Under the pieces are notes generated by a model. The model was not told the DNA's origin. It ran no database searches and saw only the letters and a list, made by a program, of their open reading frames with translations. Source: Sphyrna mokarran (lineage: Eukaryota). Taken from it: a DNA stretch of 64,000 bases. Both the position numbers and the translations under genes were made by a program. Positions 25,831-36,922 of this stretch are shown here, piece by piece (the stretch's first letter is position 1; each line of letters begins with the position of its first letter). The stretch is from assembly GCA_024679065.1 (NCBI GenBank), contig JAGIQG010000043.1:1674001-1738000 (forward strand), given 5' to 3'.

Positions 25831-28204
25831 AGAGGCGATGGCCTCATGCTATTATTGTTAGACTATTAATCCAGAAATATAAATAAGGATCCAGGTTCAA
25901 TTCCTGCCACGGTAGACATTTACTTTGGAGTGTCGGAGGCTGAGGGGAGCCCTCATTGAAGCCGATAAAATTATGAGTGGCACAGATAGGGTTTACATTC
26001 TGAATCTTTTCCCAGGGTTGAAGCGTGTAGTCCTTGGGATGAGTACCGAAGATGAGAGGAGAAATTGCAAGTGAGCTGCAAGTTTTTGCACAGAGAGTGA
26101 CAATTTTCTAGAAAACGCTGACTGAGTTGGTGGTGAAGAGAGATATTTGATTGGGGCATTTCAGTGACTTTTAGATCGTCGCATGTACATGAAGGGAATA
26201 GAGAGATATGGACTAAGGAGAAGGCAAAGTTTAATTTGACGTCGTAGTCGACACAAGACCATGGGGCAGGGGCCTATTGTTGTGGGACACTGTTCTATGC
26301 TCTTTAAAAAACTGAAATTAATCATCTACTGATTATTATCGAGTGTTGGAAAACCCACATAATGCAATATTGCCCTTTGGGGAAGGAATTTCCCGCCCTA
26401 ATCTGGTCTGGCCTACATGTGACTCCAGAGTCCGAGCAACGTCGTTGCCTCGAAACTGCTCGCCAAGGGCAAAAAGGGATAAACAATAAATGCTGGCTGG
26501 CCAATAACACACATGGCCACGAATGAACAAAAATAATCATAGCTGAAAGTCAGCCTATCAATTCATTGTTAAATTAGTGTTCTCGGGGTTTAATTTTGGG
26601 CAAGTCTGTTACTGAGCACAAAAGGAGAAGCGTAGCTGCAGTTCCAAATATGTTTCACTTACTGTAAAGCACCATGAAACACCCTGTGCTGCTGATTGTT
26701 TCTATATTAAGCGGGACCACTATCATCTTACTGACACATTGAAAAGCATGTCCTGTTGCAGACCACACAAAGTGAAGAGGCCGTGCTAACAGCCCTTCAG
26801 TATCACAGATCTGCACAGTTCTAAATTTATATGTCACAATTGCATAAGATGCAAATCACAGAAGGGGATCGTTCAGCCCATCAGCTCGGTGCTGTAATTT
26901 ATATTCCATACATGCCTCATCATAATGCTCCTTGCATCAATACAGCCTTCCATTTTTTTCTCCCTATTGCATCTCTCCTACGTTTCCACTAAATTCATTT
27001 GTGACATTCATCTCAGCCGTTCCCTATTCATATGTCTTCCACATTCTCCAACCTTCTTCCGTCGGGTAAAATGATAGAAAGTTCTGAAACCACATACCGG
27101 CATTCTTTAAAACAGTATCTCCCCTGCTTGTCTGCCAACTATGTTTTGAATGGACCTGCCATACATTAAGCTGATCCTTCTCTGCACCCAAGCTATGACT
27201 GAAAAACTATATTCTGCACCCTTTCATTTCCTTCTCCTCTATGTACTCTATGAACGGTTAGTTGTGTCCTTTAAAATACGTTTCACTGCATACCAATGCA
27301 CGTGACAATAATGAATGAAATCGAATCGTAGATTATAGAATGTAGATCATAGAATCCCTACAGTGCAAAAGGTGGACATTTGGCACATCGAGTCTGCACC
27401 GAACGTAATCCCACCCAGGCCCTCTTCCCGTAACCACATGTATTTATACTCTGGCAAGCCTGCCTGTTCCCAGGGAGAATTTAGCATGGCTAATTCATCG
27501 AACTCGCACATCCTTGGACTGTGGCAGGAAAGCGGTGCATGTGGAGGAAACGCACGCAGGTACACGGAGAACGTGCCAACTCCACACAGATAGTGATCCG
27601 TGCTCGGAATCGTACTCAGATCACTGCAGCGGCGAGGCAATAATGCTAACCACTCTGACACTGTGCCACTCCCACCATGGCATGCCAATACGCTTGACAA
27701 AATTAAATCATGTCATGGACTTGACGATTCTTTTTTTTTTCTATATAGCGTACAGGAGATAATATTATTCACTGTTTCCAAATGCATGTGACCATAATAA
27801 ATCAAATACATTCAAATCCAATCAGATCATATTTCACCCAATTTCTGAATTTGCCATTGCATTTAAAGGTCACTATCTTAAACAGGTGGCCAATTCATTT
27901 GAAATCATGCATGTGTCCTTTCAACAATTTCATACTTGGAACGTCTACTTCCTGTCAAGCCTCAATTTTCACTTGTTTTAGAGAAACGGGCTTCACGCTA
28001 TTCGATATTCCCTGATAGTTAGGAGCTATCAGTTCTTCTATAACACATGTGAAGTATTTAGAGTAATGTTCCTATTGTTTCTCTAAGCTCACCAGGTTTT
28101 GAAGAATCGTGCTTTGCTCTCCAAGTCTGGACTAACTGCTCTGAGTAGATGCCTGTGGTATTTTGCAAAGCATGCTGAGTGTGTACCAGCACTTTGACAA
28201 TTAG

Positions 28205-28300
28205 CAAACAGGAAAATGACAGAGAGCTGTCTGCCTTGGCGCAATTGTTCAACCACAGCTGTGTATTTATTAATAGACACAACGCAGAAATGTCACGACT
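28205..28300 (+). promoter_or_regulatory. Candidate gene A proximal promoter (ETS-like CAGGAAA, RUNX AACCACA, AT-rich TATA-like)
   Basis: Short motifs 100-175 nt upstream of the leader ATG; motif matches only. Confidence 0.3.
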
Positions 28301-28382
28301 CCCTCACACAGAGAGAACAAAAGCGAATTTCTACTTAGATTCGGGTCGGAGGCTCAGATTCTCGCCGTCTGGGTCAAGGGCA

Positions 28383-28425
28383 ATGAGTTTCCTCGGCATC
28401 TGTGCATTGTTCCATCTTTTCCAGG
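28383..28425 (+). CDS. Gene A exon 1, signal peptide MSFLGICALFHLFQ
   Basis: ATG at 28383, hydrophobic peptide, phase-1 donor CAGG|GTGAG typical of Ig/TCR leader exons. Confidence 0.8.
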
Positions 28426-31400
28426 GTGAGATATCCTCATTATATTCAGATAGATTGGAGAAGAATTTACATTAGCTAATTAACAATGAACAGTTTCCAA
28501 TGCCCGTTTGGTCAGTAACCATAGAAAAAGAAACAGGTGGAAGATGATCGGTAATTGGAAGGAGGGGGTACTGAACGGATTTTTTGTTGTTGTTGTTTTT
28601 TGCTGCAACAAGTTGTTATGATCTGGGTGGTGGTGCCTGAAAGGGCGGCGAAAGCAGATTCAATAGAAACTTTCAAAAGGGGGGAATTGGAAGAAATACG
28701 TCAAGAGGTCAGGATTAGCTGTGATATTAGTGGGAAAGAGGAGGGCGAGTGGCCAATTAGATAAGTCTTTCAAAGCTTCAATGCTGACACGAAGGACCCC
28801 AATCGTCTCCGTCCCAGATGTGCAGAACTGTAAGATGAAACTCGGCACGCAAGGTTTACTTAACAACAAATGTATTTAAGCGTAAAGTTTATTTATTAGC
28901 GTCGCAAGTAGGTTGATATTAGCGCTGCAGCACAGTGGAAAATGCAATGTAGCTACCAATGAATTGAGTGGAAATTAAAACGTATTGTCATGTCATTGTA
29001 ATAAAATAAGTGAGTTGGCTTCATTTACACCAATTGTGGAGCGGGGTGAGTGTTGCAGTTTTTTAACTGAGATTCTAAACACTTGAAGAAAAGTCAAACG
29101 CCCAAAGTCAGCAGAGAGAAAAAAAATCCAAAAAATTGGATGAGAGAAAATAGCAGTGAATTCCGATGTAGTTCAATTTATTTAATCCTCACTGGTCCCA
29201 TATGTCCACTCCAATTTTTACAACTAGATTTTATGATGAATAGACTCGGATTGCGCACTAAAGAAAACAGCGCAACCAACGCAATATTCAACGCTATTTT
29301 AAGTGTTCGTGAGCTGGACACCATTTTTTTGTCTTTGTTTCTCGATTTGCCACGACATTGTCATTTGTTTGACGAGGGCTGTATTCAGGCATGAAAACTT
29401 GTGATGACTCTTGTTCTTTCTCTCTCTCCTTCTCAGTCATATTGTCTCATTCTACTTTGCCCCAGTCTCCACCGGTTCAGACACTTCCAGAGGGGAGCCG
29501 TGCTAAACTGAACTGCCACATCCAGGGGTCAGGAGCTGCTATGGTCTATTGGTACATGCAATTGGAGCGAAACAAAATTCAATTGGTTCCCAGAAATGAC
29601 AAGTACCTCGAGGAATACGAGATTTTGGCAAGTAGGAATTCTGAAAAAGTGCGTATTTATTCATTGCTGATTACGGATACCCGGAGAAGCGATTCTGGGA
29701 TGTATTACTGTGCAATCCGCGATCTCAAAAAGAGATCACTGATATTCGGAAATGGATCCAAGTTAGTAATTACAGGTAAATTTTATCATTCTTCCATTGA
29801 AGTGGACGTTTCAAGAGCAATTAAAACGCGTCCTGTTCTATCTGTTAATGGGTTGTCTCTGTTTTGCCCGATTTAGCGGATTCTCCCACCATAGTTCTCC
29901 TCACCCCGCCGCTGCATCAGATTCCCTCCATGGAAAGGGTCCCGTTGTTGTGTTTGGCCAGAGGATTGTCCCCAGATTCCAGTTCCGTCCGCTGGAATGT
30001 TTCTGGGAGGAATACCGCGGGACTGACCGATTCGGGGGCAATGGAACCAGACGGCACCTACACCATCAGCAGTTTCATCAGTCTTCCGGCGGAAACTTGG
30101 AGAAGCGGCGCTCGCTGTACTTGCGCCATTCAGGTCAACTCCAGTGAAAGTATTATCAGTGAAAGTGTCTCATCTCAGAGAGGTAGCTATTCATAATGAT
30201 CTCTTAAAATCCATCTCTTTAATGCTAATATCGGACATTACGCAAAGCTGTCTAATGTTATAACACGTCTCTTCTCCCATGTGTTTCCATGTTAATCCAA
30301 AACAACTTTGACTGTCTCAGATCTCTCATTCGGTTAGAGTTCAGTCTGCTGAAAATTTAATCTGTTCTCGACCAGAGAGCTGTTCATGTTCAGCCACTGA
30401 GATGGTTGTTTCTAGCACAGATGGATATAGAGATACAGGAAAATCACCACAAAGTAATATTTCCATTGAAAATTAGCAAGAGCAACATTGAAACATTTTC
30501 CCTGCTCCTGTTTCCTGCATGACAGCACAGTGTTTAGCACTGCTGCTTCAGAGTTCCAAGGACGTGAGTTCGATTCCCGGCTCGGGTCCCTGTCTATGTG
30601 GAGTTTGTCCATTCTTCTCGTGTCTGCGTGGGTTTCCTGCCAAAGCCCAAAGATGTGCGGGTTAGGTTGATTGGCCATGCTAAAATTTCCCCTTAATGTC
30701 CTAGGATGTGTAGGTTAGAAGGATGACAGCTCAGTGGCTGTCACTGTTTGCTGTGCAGATACATGGATTTGGGCCAGTGACTGTGGAGGTTTGTACATTG
30801 TCTCTATGCTTATGTGGGTTTTCTCCGGGTGCTCTGGTTCTTCCCACACCCCAAAAACGTGCTCTTAGGCTGATTGGTGTTAACAGCTTGTCCTTAAATT
30901 AGGTGTCCCTTAATCTGGTTATAATACCTTTATTGTAGAGTCAAATTGGCGTAGGCAAAATTCATAGTTAGAAGAAGGCACTCATAGTGGTAAAATGGCG
31001 GCACGGGTTTGTTGGGCCGATGGGCCTGCTTCCTATGATGTGTTGTTCTTTGTTCTTTGTAAACATGTAGGGATATGGGAATAGGGCCTGGGTGGGACGG
31101 TGGTCAGTGCAGAGCTGATGGGTCGAAGGGCCTCTTTCTGCACAGTAGGATTCTATGTTTTTATGAGTCTGGCTCCATTGTGTTGATATGGTTTGGCTTA
31201 TTATTTTCACATGTAATGGGAAACAGTGAAAAGGTTTTGATCCATGCACATGACAAAGACATACCATTCATCGAGGACGTGGATTTGATTGGCTTTTATA
31301 TTGCTATATGTATTTGTGATGCAGCGAAAAACACATTTTCTTGCGCTGTACAGACAAGACATAATGCTCATAGAGTACATAGATTTGACCTATTTTTGTC

Positions 31401-34400
31401 ATGTGTTTTCGGAAACAGTGAAAAGCCTTGTTTCATGCACGTAATACAGAGAAAAACACCATCATAGGGTACATAGAACATAGAACATAGAACACTACAG
31501 CACAGAACAGGCCCTTCGGCCTTCGATGTTGCGCCGACCAATATAAAAAGCAATGCCCCTCCAAACTAAACCATTCCCTTCTCTTCCATATACTTATCAA
31601 CTAACCTCTTAAACGCCACCAAACTTGGCGCATCTACAACGGCTGCAGGCAGGGCATTCCACTCCCGAACCACCCTTTGGGTAAAGAACCTGCCTCTGAT
31701 ATCCGTCCTATAACTATCACCCTTAATTTAAAGCTGTGTCCCCTCGTGCTAGCTTTCTCCATCCTAGGAAAAAGGCTATCACTGTCCACCCTATCTAAAC
31801 CTCTAATCATCTTATATGCTTCAATAAGATCCCCTCTTAGCCGCCTCCTTTCTAACGAAAACAACCTCAAATCCTTCAACCTCTCTTCATAGGACCTGCC
31901 CTCCATACCAGGCAACATCCTGGTAAACCTCCTCTGTACCCTCTCCAATGCCTCCACATCTTTCTTATAATGTGGGGACCAGAACTGCACACAATACTCC
32001 AATTGCGGCCGCACTAGAGTTTTGTACAGTTGCAACATGACGTTGCGGCTCCGAAATTCAATCCCTCTACCAATAAAAGCCAAGACTCCATATGCCTTCC
32101 TAACAACCTTCTCGACCTGACTGCCTACTTTCAGGGATCTATGCACATACACACCAGATCCCTCTGTTCATCTAGACTACTAAGAATCCTACCATTTGCC
32201 CTATACTCTACACATTTATTATTTCTGCCATAGTGCATTACCTCACACTTTTCCACATTAAACTCCATTTGCCACCTCTCGGCCCAGCTCTGCAACTTGT
32301 CCAAGTCCCTCTGCAAACTATAACACCCCTCTTCACTATCTACCACTCCACCGACTTTAGTGTCATCTGCAAATTTACTAATCCATCCTTCAATACCCTC
32401 ATCCAGATCATTTATAAAAATTACAAACAGCAGGGGCCCCAAAACAGACCCCTGAGGTACACCACTTGTCACCGAACTCCAAGATGAATATCTCCCATCA
32501 ACCACCACCCTCTGTCTTCTACCTGCTAGCCAATTCCTAACCCAATTAGCTAAATCACCCTCTATCCCATACATCTGCATTTTCTGCAGAAGTCTTCCAT
32601 GGGCCACCTTATCAAACGCCTTACTAAAGTCCATATATACCACATCAACCGCCTTACCCCCATCCACCTCCTTAGTCACTTTTTCAAAAAACTCAATGAG
32701 GTTATTAAGGCACGACCTACCCTTCACAAAACCATGCTGACTATCTCCAATCAATTCATTACTCTCTAAATAACTATAAATCCTATCCCTAATTATTGTC
32801 TCCAACACTTTGCCCACCACAGAAGTAAGACTCACTGGCCTATAATTCCCTGGAAGGTCTCTCTTCCCCTTCTTGTGTTATTGTCACATTTATTGGGATA
32901 CATAAGAAAAGTATATTGTATTATACAGACAAAAATACCGTTTATAGAGTTGTTAGATTTGATTTATCACACTCGCATGTATGAGATAAAGTGAAAGGTA
33001 GTGCTTCTTACACGATACACTGGCAAAACTTACCATTTACATAGTACATGTACATATTGAAGAATGGATTAGTAAATTTGCAGATGACACTAAAGTCGGT
33101 GGAATAGTAGATAGTGAAGAGGGGTGTTATAGTTTGCAGAGGGACTTGGACAAGTTGCAGAGCTGGGCCGAGAGGTGGCAAATGGAGTTTAATGTGGAAA
33201 AGTGTGAGGTAATGCACTATGGCAGAAATAATAAATGTGTAGAGTGTAGGGCAAATGGTAGGATTCTTAGTAGTCTAGATGAACAGAGGGATCTTGGTGT
33301 GTATGTGCATAGATCTCTGAAAGTAGGCAGTCAGGTCGAGAAGGTTGTTAGGAAGGCATATGGAGTCTTGGCTTTTATTGGTAGAGGGATTGAATTTCGG
33401 AGCCGCAACGTCATGTTGCAACTGTACAAAACTCTAGTGCGGCCGCACTTGGAGTATTGTGTGCAGTTCTGGTCCCCACATTATAAGAAAGATGTGGAGG
33501 CATTGGAGAGGGTACAGAGGAGGTTTACCAGGATGTTGCCTGGTATGGAGGGCAGGTCTTATGAGGAGAGGCTGAGGGATTTGAGGTTGTTTTCGTTAGA
33601 AAGGAGGAGGCTAAGAGGGACCTGATCGAAACATATAAGATGATTAGAGGTTTAGATAGGGTGGACAGTGATAGCCTTTTTCCTAGGATGGAGAAAGCTA
33701 GCACGAGGGGACACAGCTTTAAATTAAGGGGTGATAGTTATAGGACGGATATCAGAGGTAGGTTCTTTACCCAAAGGTGGTTCGGGAGTGGAATGCCCTG
33801 CCTGCAGCAGTTGTAGATGCGCCAAGTTTGGTGGCGTTTAAGAGGTTAGTTGATAAGTATATGAAGAGAAGGGAATGGTTTAGTTTGGAGGGGCATTGCT
33901 TTTTATATTGGTCGGCGCAACATCGAAGGCCGAAGGGCCTGTTCTATGTTCTATGTTCTATGTACATGTGGGAGAAAGAAAGAAAAGGGTGCAGCATCCA
34001 ACACGACACGTTACTACAAAGTATAAGAGAATTAGATTTAAGTTTTAAAAGAATTGCACGAAAGCCAATGACAGAATTAACGGGTATGCAGGAGACAGCT
34101 CGCAAGAAACAGATATGCTCCAGCGCCATCTTGAATAGGGTTGGGATTCAGTGGCCCGTGTCACCGTGGGTTGAAATGAAACGTATGATTACATTTTCAT
34201 CGTATAACGTCATCACATCTCACCTACGTGTAATGATTGATTCGACCTTTTGTCTCTACTTCGAACTATCACAGTTAAACAAAGCAGCACTTGCTATCTG
34301 ATGTTATTCATCCTCTCTCTCCCTCCGTTAATCAGTCCATTTTGTTCCTGACTAATAATTCATTATTCGCAGTCAGCTAGCCAACTCCCTACATGTCACT

Positions 34401-36644
34401 ACCTCTCTTTCCTCTTTTCCCTCCATTTCCCTATTCTCTCTGTGTCACCCAGTATTAGACTCTCTGTCTCTCTCCGATCCACTCACCCTCCACTCTCCCT
34501 CGCCCCACACCCCCACACATTTTCTTATTTATTCATGGATGGGACATGGGCTTCAATGGCTGACCAGCATTTATTGCCTATCTCTACTTGACATGGGGCA
34601 GTTATGTGTCAACCTCGTTCTCTCTTATCTCTTTATCACCAGTTATTAATTTCTTTCTGGGTCTCCATCTATTGATATATGCAATATTCTCACTCTTGCC
34701 TGAATTGTCCAGTTAAACGGTGCTCCATTTAAATAGCCAGCTATTTGTCTCAATGTATCCTTACGTCGTGTACTCTCTTTTTGTATACGTGTCATCATCT
34801 TGTTCCTTCTATCTGTCTCCCTATGTATATCCAAGTGAAAGAATTCTCTATAATGTATCCGCTTTATCGCTCTCTTTGAAAGAATTACTCCTTTCAAATG
34901 TATCTATCACTTTCTCTCTTACCGAACGATGATCTTTCCATTTTTGCTCTCAGTCGCATTCAGCCTATCTAGTTCTCTATCCCCTGTGTCCTGTTGAAAA
35001 AACAAATGATCAGCAATTGCTCCATCTCATGACGGCAAAACCGATGAACATTTTCGGCGAAATCGACAGGCAGTTTTGATCAAACTGGTCACTTATCTAT
35101 GTTTTACAAAATTCTAATTGGAGGCAAAACTTATTTTGTTTTGTTTTCTTTTTTCAGATATTCCGGTAACCATGTCGTGCAATGGCCCACTTTCAGGGGG
35201 GGTGATGGCCGTGACTATGCTCCGTCTGGGATTGGTCTTTGTGGCTGGGAGATGGAGCTGCAGGAATCAGCAGACAGGTAGCGATTGTTCGGCATCCTCA
35301 ATCCACCCATTTACCACTGAACAATTGAAACTGTGGACGAAATGTGTGAAATATGGCCATTTAGCCCGACTTTTTTTCTTCTAAACAGGCAATGCAAGGA
35401 ATGATGAGACCTTGACAGCTTCCAAGCCGCACGTACTGAATGAAAAGGTACGTTTTATTTTCTATAACGCATTATTATTTTTCTCTACCTTTTTACCCAA
35501 GGTTCAATGTAGATAATCAATACGTGGCTCTAGAAAAAAAAAATCTGCAACTCTGGAGACCCGAATAGAACACAGAACAGTATAACACAGTATAGGCCCT
35601 TCGGCCCCCAATGTTGTGCCGAGCTATGTCCAAACCCAAGATCAATCTATCCCACTCCTTATTATTCTGGAGTGCTCCATGTGCCAACTGCTTGAAAGTT
35701 CCTAAAGTGTCCGACTCCACTATCAACAGGCAGTGCATTCCACAACTCAACCACTCTCTGAGTGAAGAAACTATCTCGAACATCCCTCTTATATCTCCCT
35801 CCATGAACCTTATAGTTATGCCTCCTAATAATAGCTACATCCACCCAAGGAAATAATCTGTGCGTCTACTCTATCTATCCTCCTCATCATCGTATAAACC
35901 TCTATTAAGTCGCCTCTCATCCCTCTTTATTCTAAAGAGAATAGCCACAGCTTTCTCAACCCTTCCCTCATTGCGAGCTCTTGGGATTCTTCTTCAGATC
36001 TAATTTAAATCATTAGCCGAAATTCTCCAGGCCATCTCGTTGGCATCATTTTCTCGCCCCTTCAAAGGAACGCACCCCATGTCCATCCTCCCTACCTCCA
36101 CAGCGTTGGGATGCGGCCCATTGTTGAACGTTGTGTTAACCTGGTTTCAGGTCAGTTGTACCACCTCACTGCTGGGGAACTCATGGAGGTTTTTTTGACG
36201 TCGGTGGCACTGGGGAATGCAGCCGTGGCTGGGGACTGGGGGAAGGGATGGGGCGCAGGGGACTGCCAGTGATGCCCTGCCAAGGAAGTAGAATATTAAC
36301 TTGGGAGCCATTGTGTCCATTTAAGAAGTTGATTTTTTTTTATACAATGGGAGTCAAATTTTAGAACACACTCCACGGGTATGACAAAAGCTGATGAGGC
36401 CAGTTAACAGATGGAATTTGCAAAAGTGAGATGGATGGATTTATATGCGGGAGAATATTAAGCAATATTCAAAAATAGTGGGAGCATGTGGGCTGAAATA
36501 CATGTCAGCCTTAATCTAGTTGAATGCAGTGCTCAATGGCCTCCCCTATCCCTGTAATGATGGTGTGGAGTATATTGACAAATTACTTTTCATCCACAGA
36601 CTCTTTATGCTGGTCTAGCCTTCAATGAGAATCCAACACGCTAG
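28383..36644 (+). CDS. Gene A: non-rearranging VJ-C1-TM antigen-receptor-like IgSF protein, about 303 aa; join(28383..28425,29437..29775,29877..30182,35158..35277,35389..35447,36600..36644)
   Basis: Six GT-AG exons with compatible phases (1,1,1,1,0) give an open 912-nt CDS. It encodes a leader, a V domain ending in FGNGSKLVI, a C1 domain, a stalk Cys and TM, and a tail ending EKTLYAGLAFNENPTR*. AATAAA follows at 36917. Confidence 0.8.
29437..29775 (+). CDS. Gene A exon 2, germline-joined V-J Ig domain
   Basis: Polypyrimidine tract + CAG acceptor. LNC...WYMQ...DSGMYYC is followed in the same exon by AIRDLKKRSLI-FGNGSKLVIT. Donor ACAG|GTAAAT. Confidence 0.95.
29877..30182 (+). CDS. Gene A exon 3, C1-set Ig constant domain
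   Basis: Follows a 101-nt intron. SPTIVLLTP..LLCLARG..VRW..DGTYTISS..WRSGARCTC is an Ig/TCR C1 pattern. Donor AGAG|GTAGCT. Confidence 0.92.
31470..32876 (-). mobile_element. Young CR1 RT 3' fragment in gene A intron 3
   Basis: ORFs 32131-32835 and 31634-32152, plus tail repeat. Confidence 0.9.
33055..33962 (+). mobile_element. Young CR1 3' fragment, inverted twin of 31470-32396
   Basis: ORF 33134-33625 plus tail repeat. Confidence 0.9.
35158..35277 (+). CDS. Gene A exon 4, connecting peptide with Cys plus transmembrane segment containing Arg
   Basis: Long poly-T acceptor, 120-nt phase 1-1 exon encoding DIPVTMSCNGPLSGGVMAVTMLRLGLVFVAGRWSCRNQQT. Confidence 0.75.
35389..35447 (+). CDS. Gene A exon 5, cytoplasmic
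   Basis: Acceptor TTTTCTTCTAAACAG, reads GNARNDETLTASKPHVLNEK, donor AAG|GTACGT (phase 0). Confidence 0.7.
36600..36644 (+). CDS. Gene A terminal exon with TxYxxL (ITIM/ITSM-like) motif
   Basis: Acceptor TTTTCATCCACAG. In phase 0 it reads TLYAGLAFNENPTR*, and a poly(A) signal lies about 270 nt downstream. Confidence 0.7.
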   Translation, partial: TLYAGLAFNENPTR

Positions 36645-36916
36645 CTCGAGAGGAATGAGAAAGAAAGAGGCAGAGAGAAGAGTGTGTTTTTTTCCTATCT
36701 AGTGTAGAAACATTCCTCTTGTTGCACGGTAAGATTTGAAGGTCCAATTGGAACAATTGGCGGCCCAGTGCTGTGATGGCGCCAAAAGCGGAAAACAGAC
36801 TCTCCCGTAATGTCCGCCATTCTACAATGGAATATCGCCTTTTCACCTCTTCATTTTTCTAATTCATTACGTCGTTTTCTTACAATTCTGTTCTGCAATG
36901 TCTACGGTAGTTATGC

Positions 36917-36922
36917 AATAAA
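36917..36922 (+). terminator. Candidate polyadenylation signal of gene A
   Basis: AATAAA about 270 nt after the predicted stop. Confidence 0.45.

Noticed and set aside
29437-30196. Calling gene A or B a conventional germline-joined Ig light chain or a TCR gene
   Set aside because: The C exons end in splice donors without the IgL terminal Cys and stop. The TMs lack the TCR CART pattern, and the tails are long, with a tyrosine motif in gene A. No gene symbol was assigned.
35502-35568. Alternative last exon for gene A containing NQYVAL
   Set aside because: It needs a 54-nt intron, and the YVAL frame is out of phase with the phase-0 donor (it would read VQCR*). The 36600 exon fits better.
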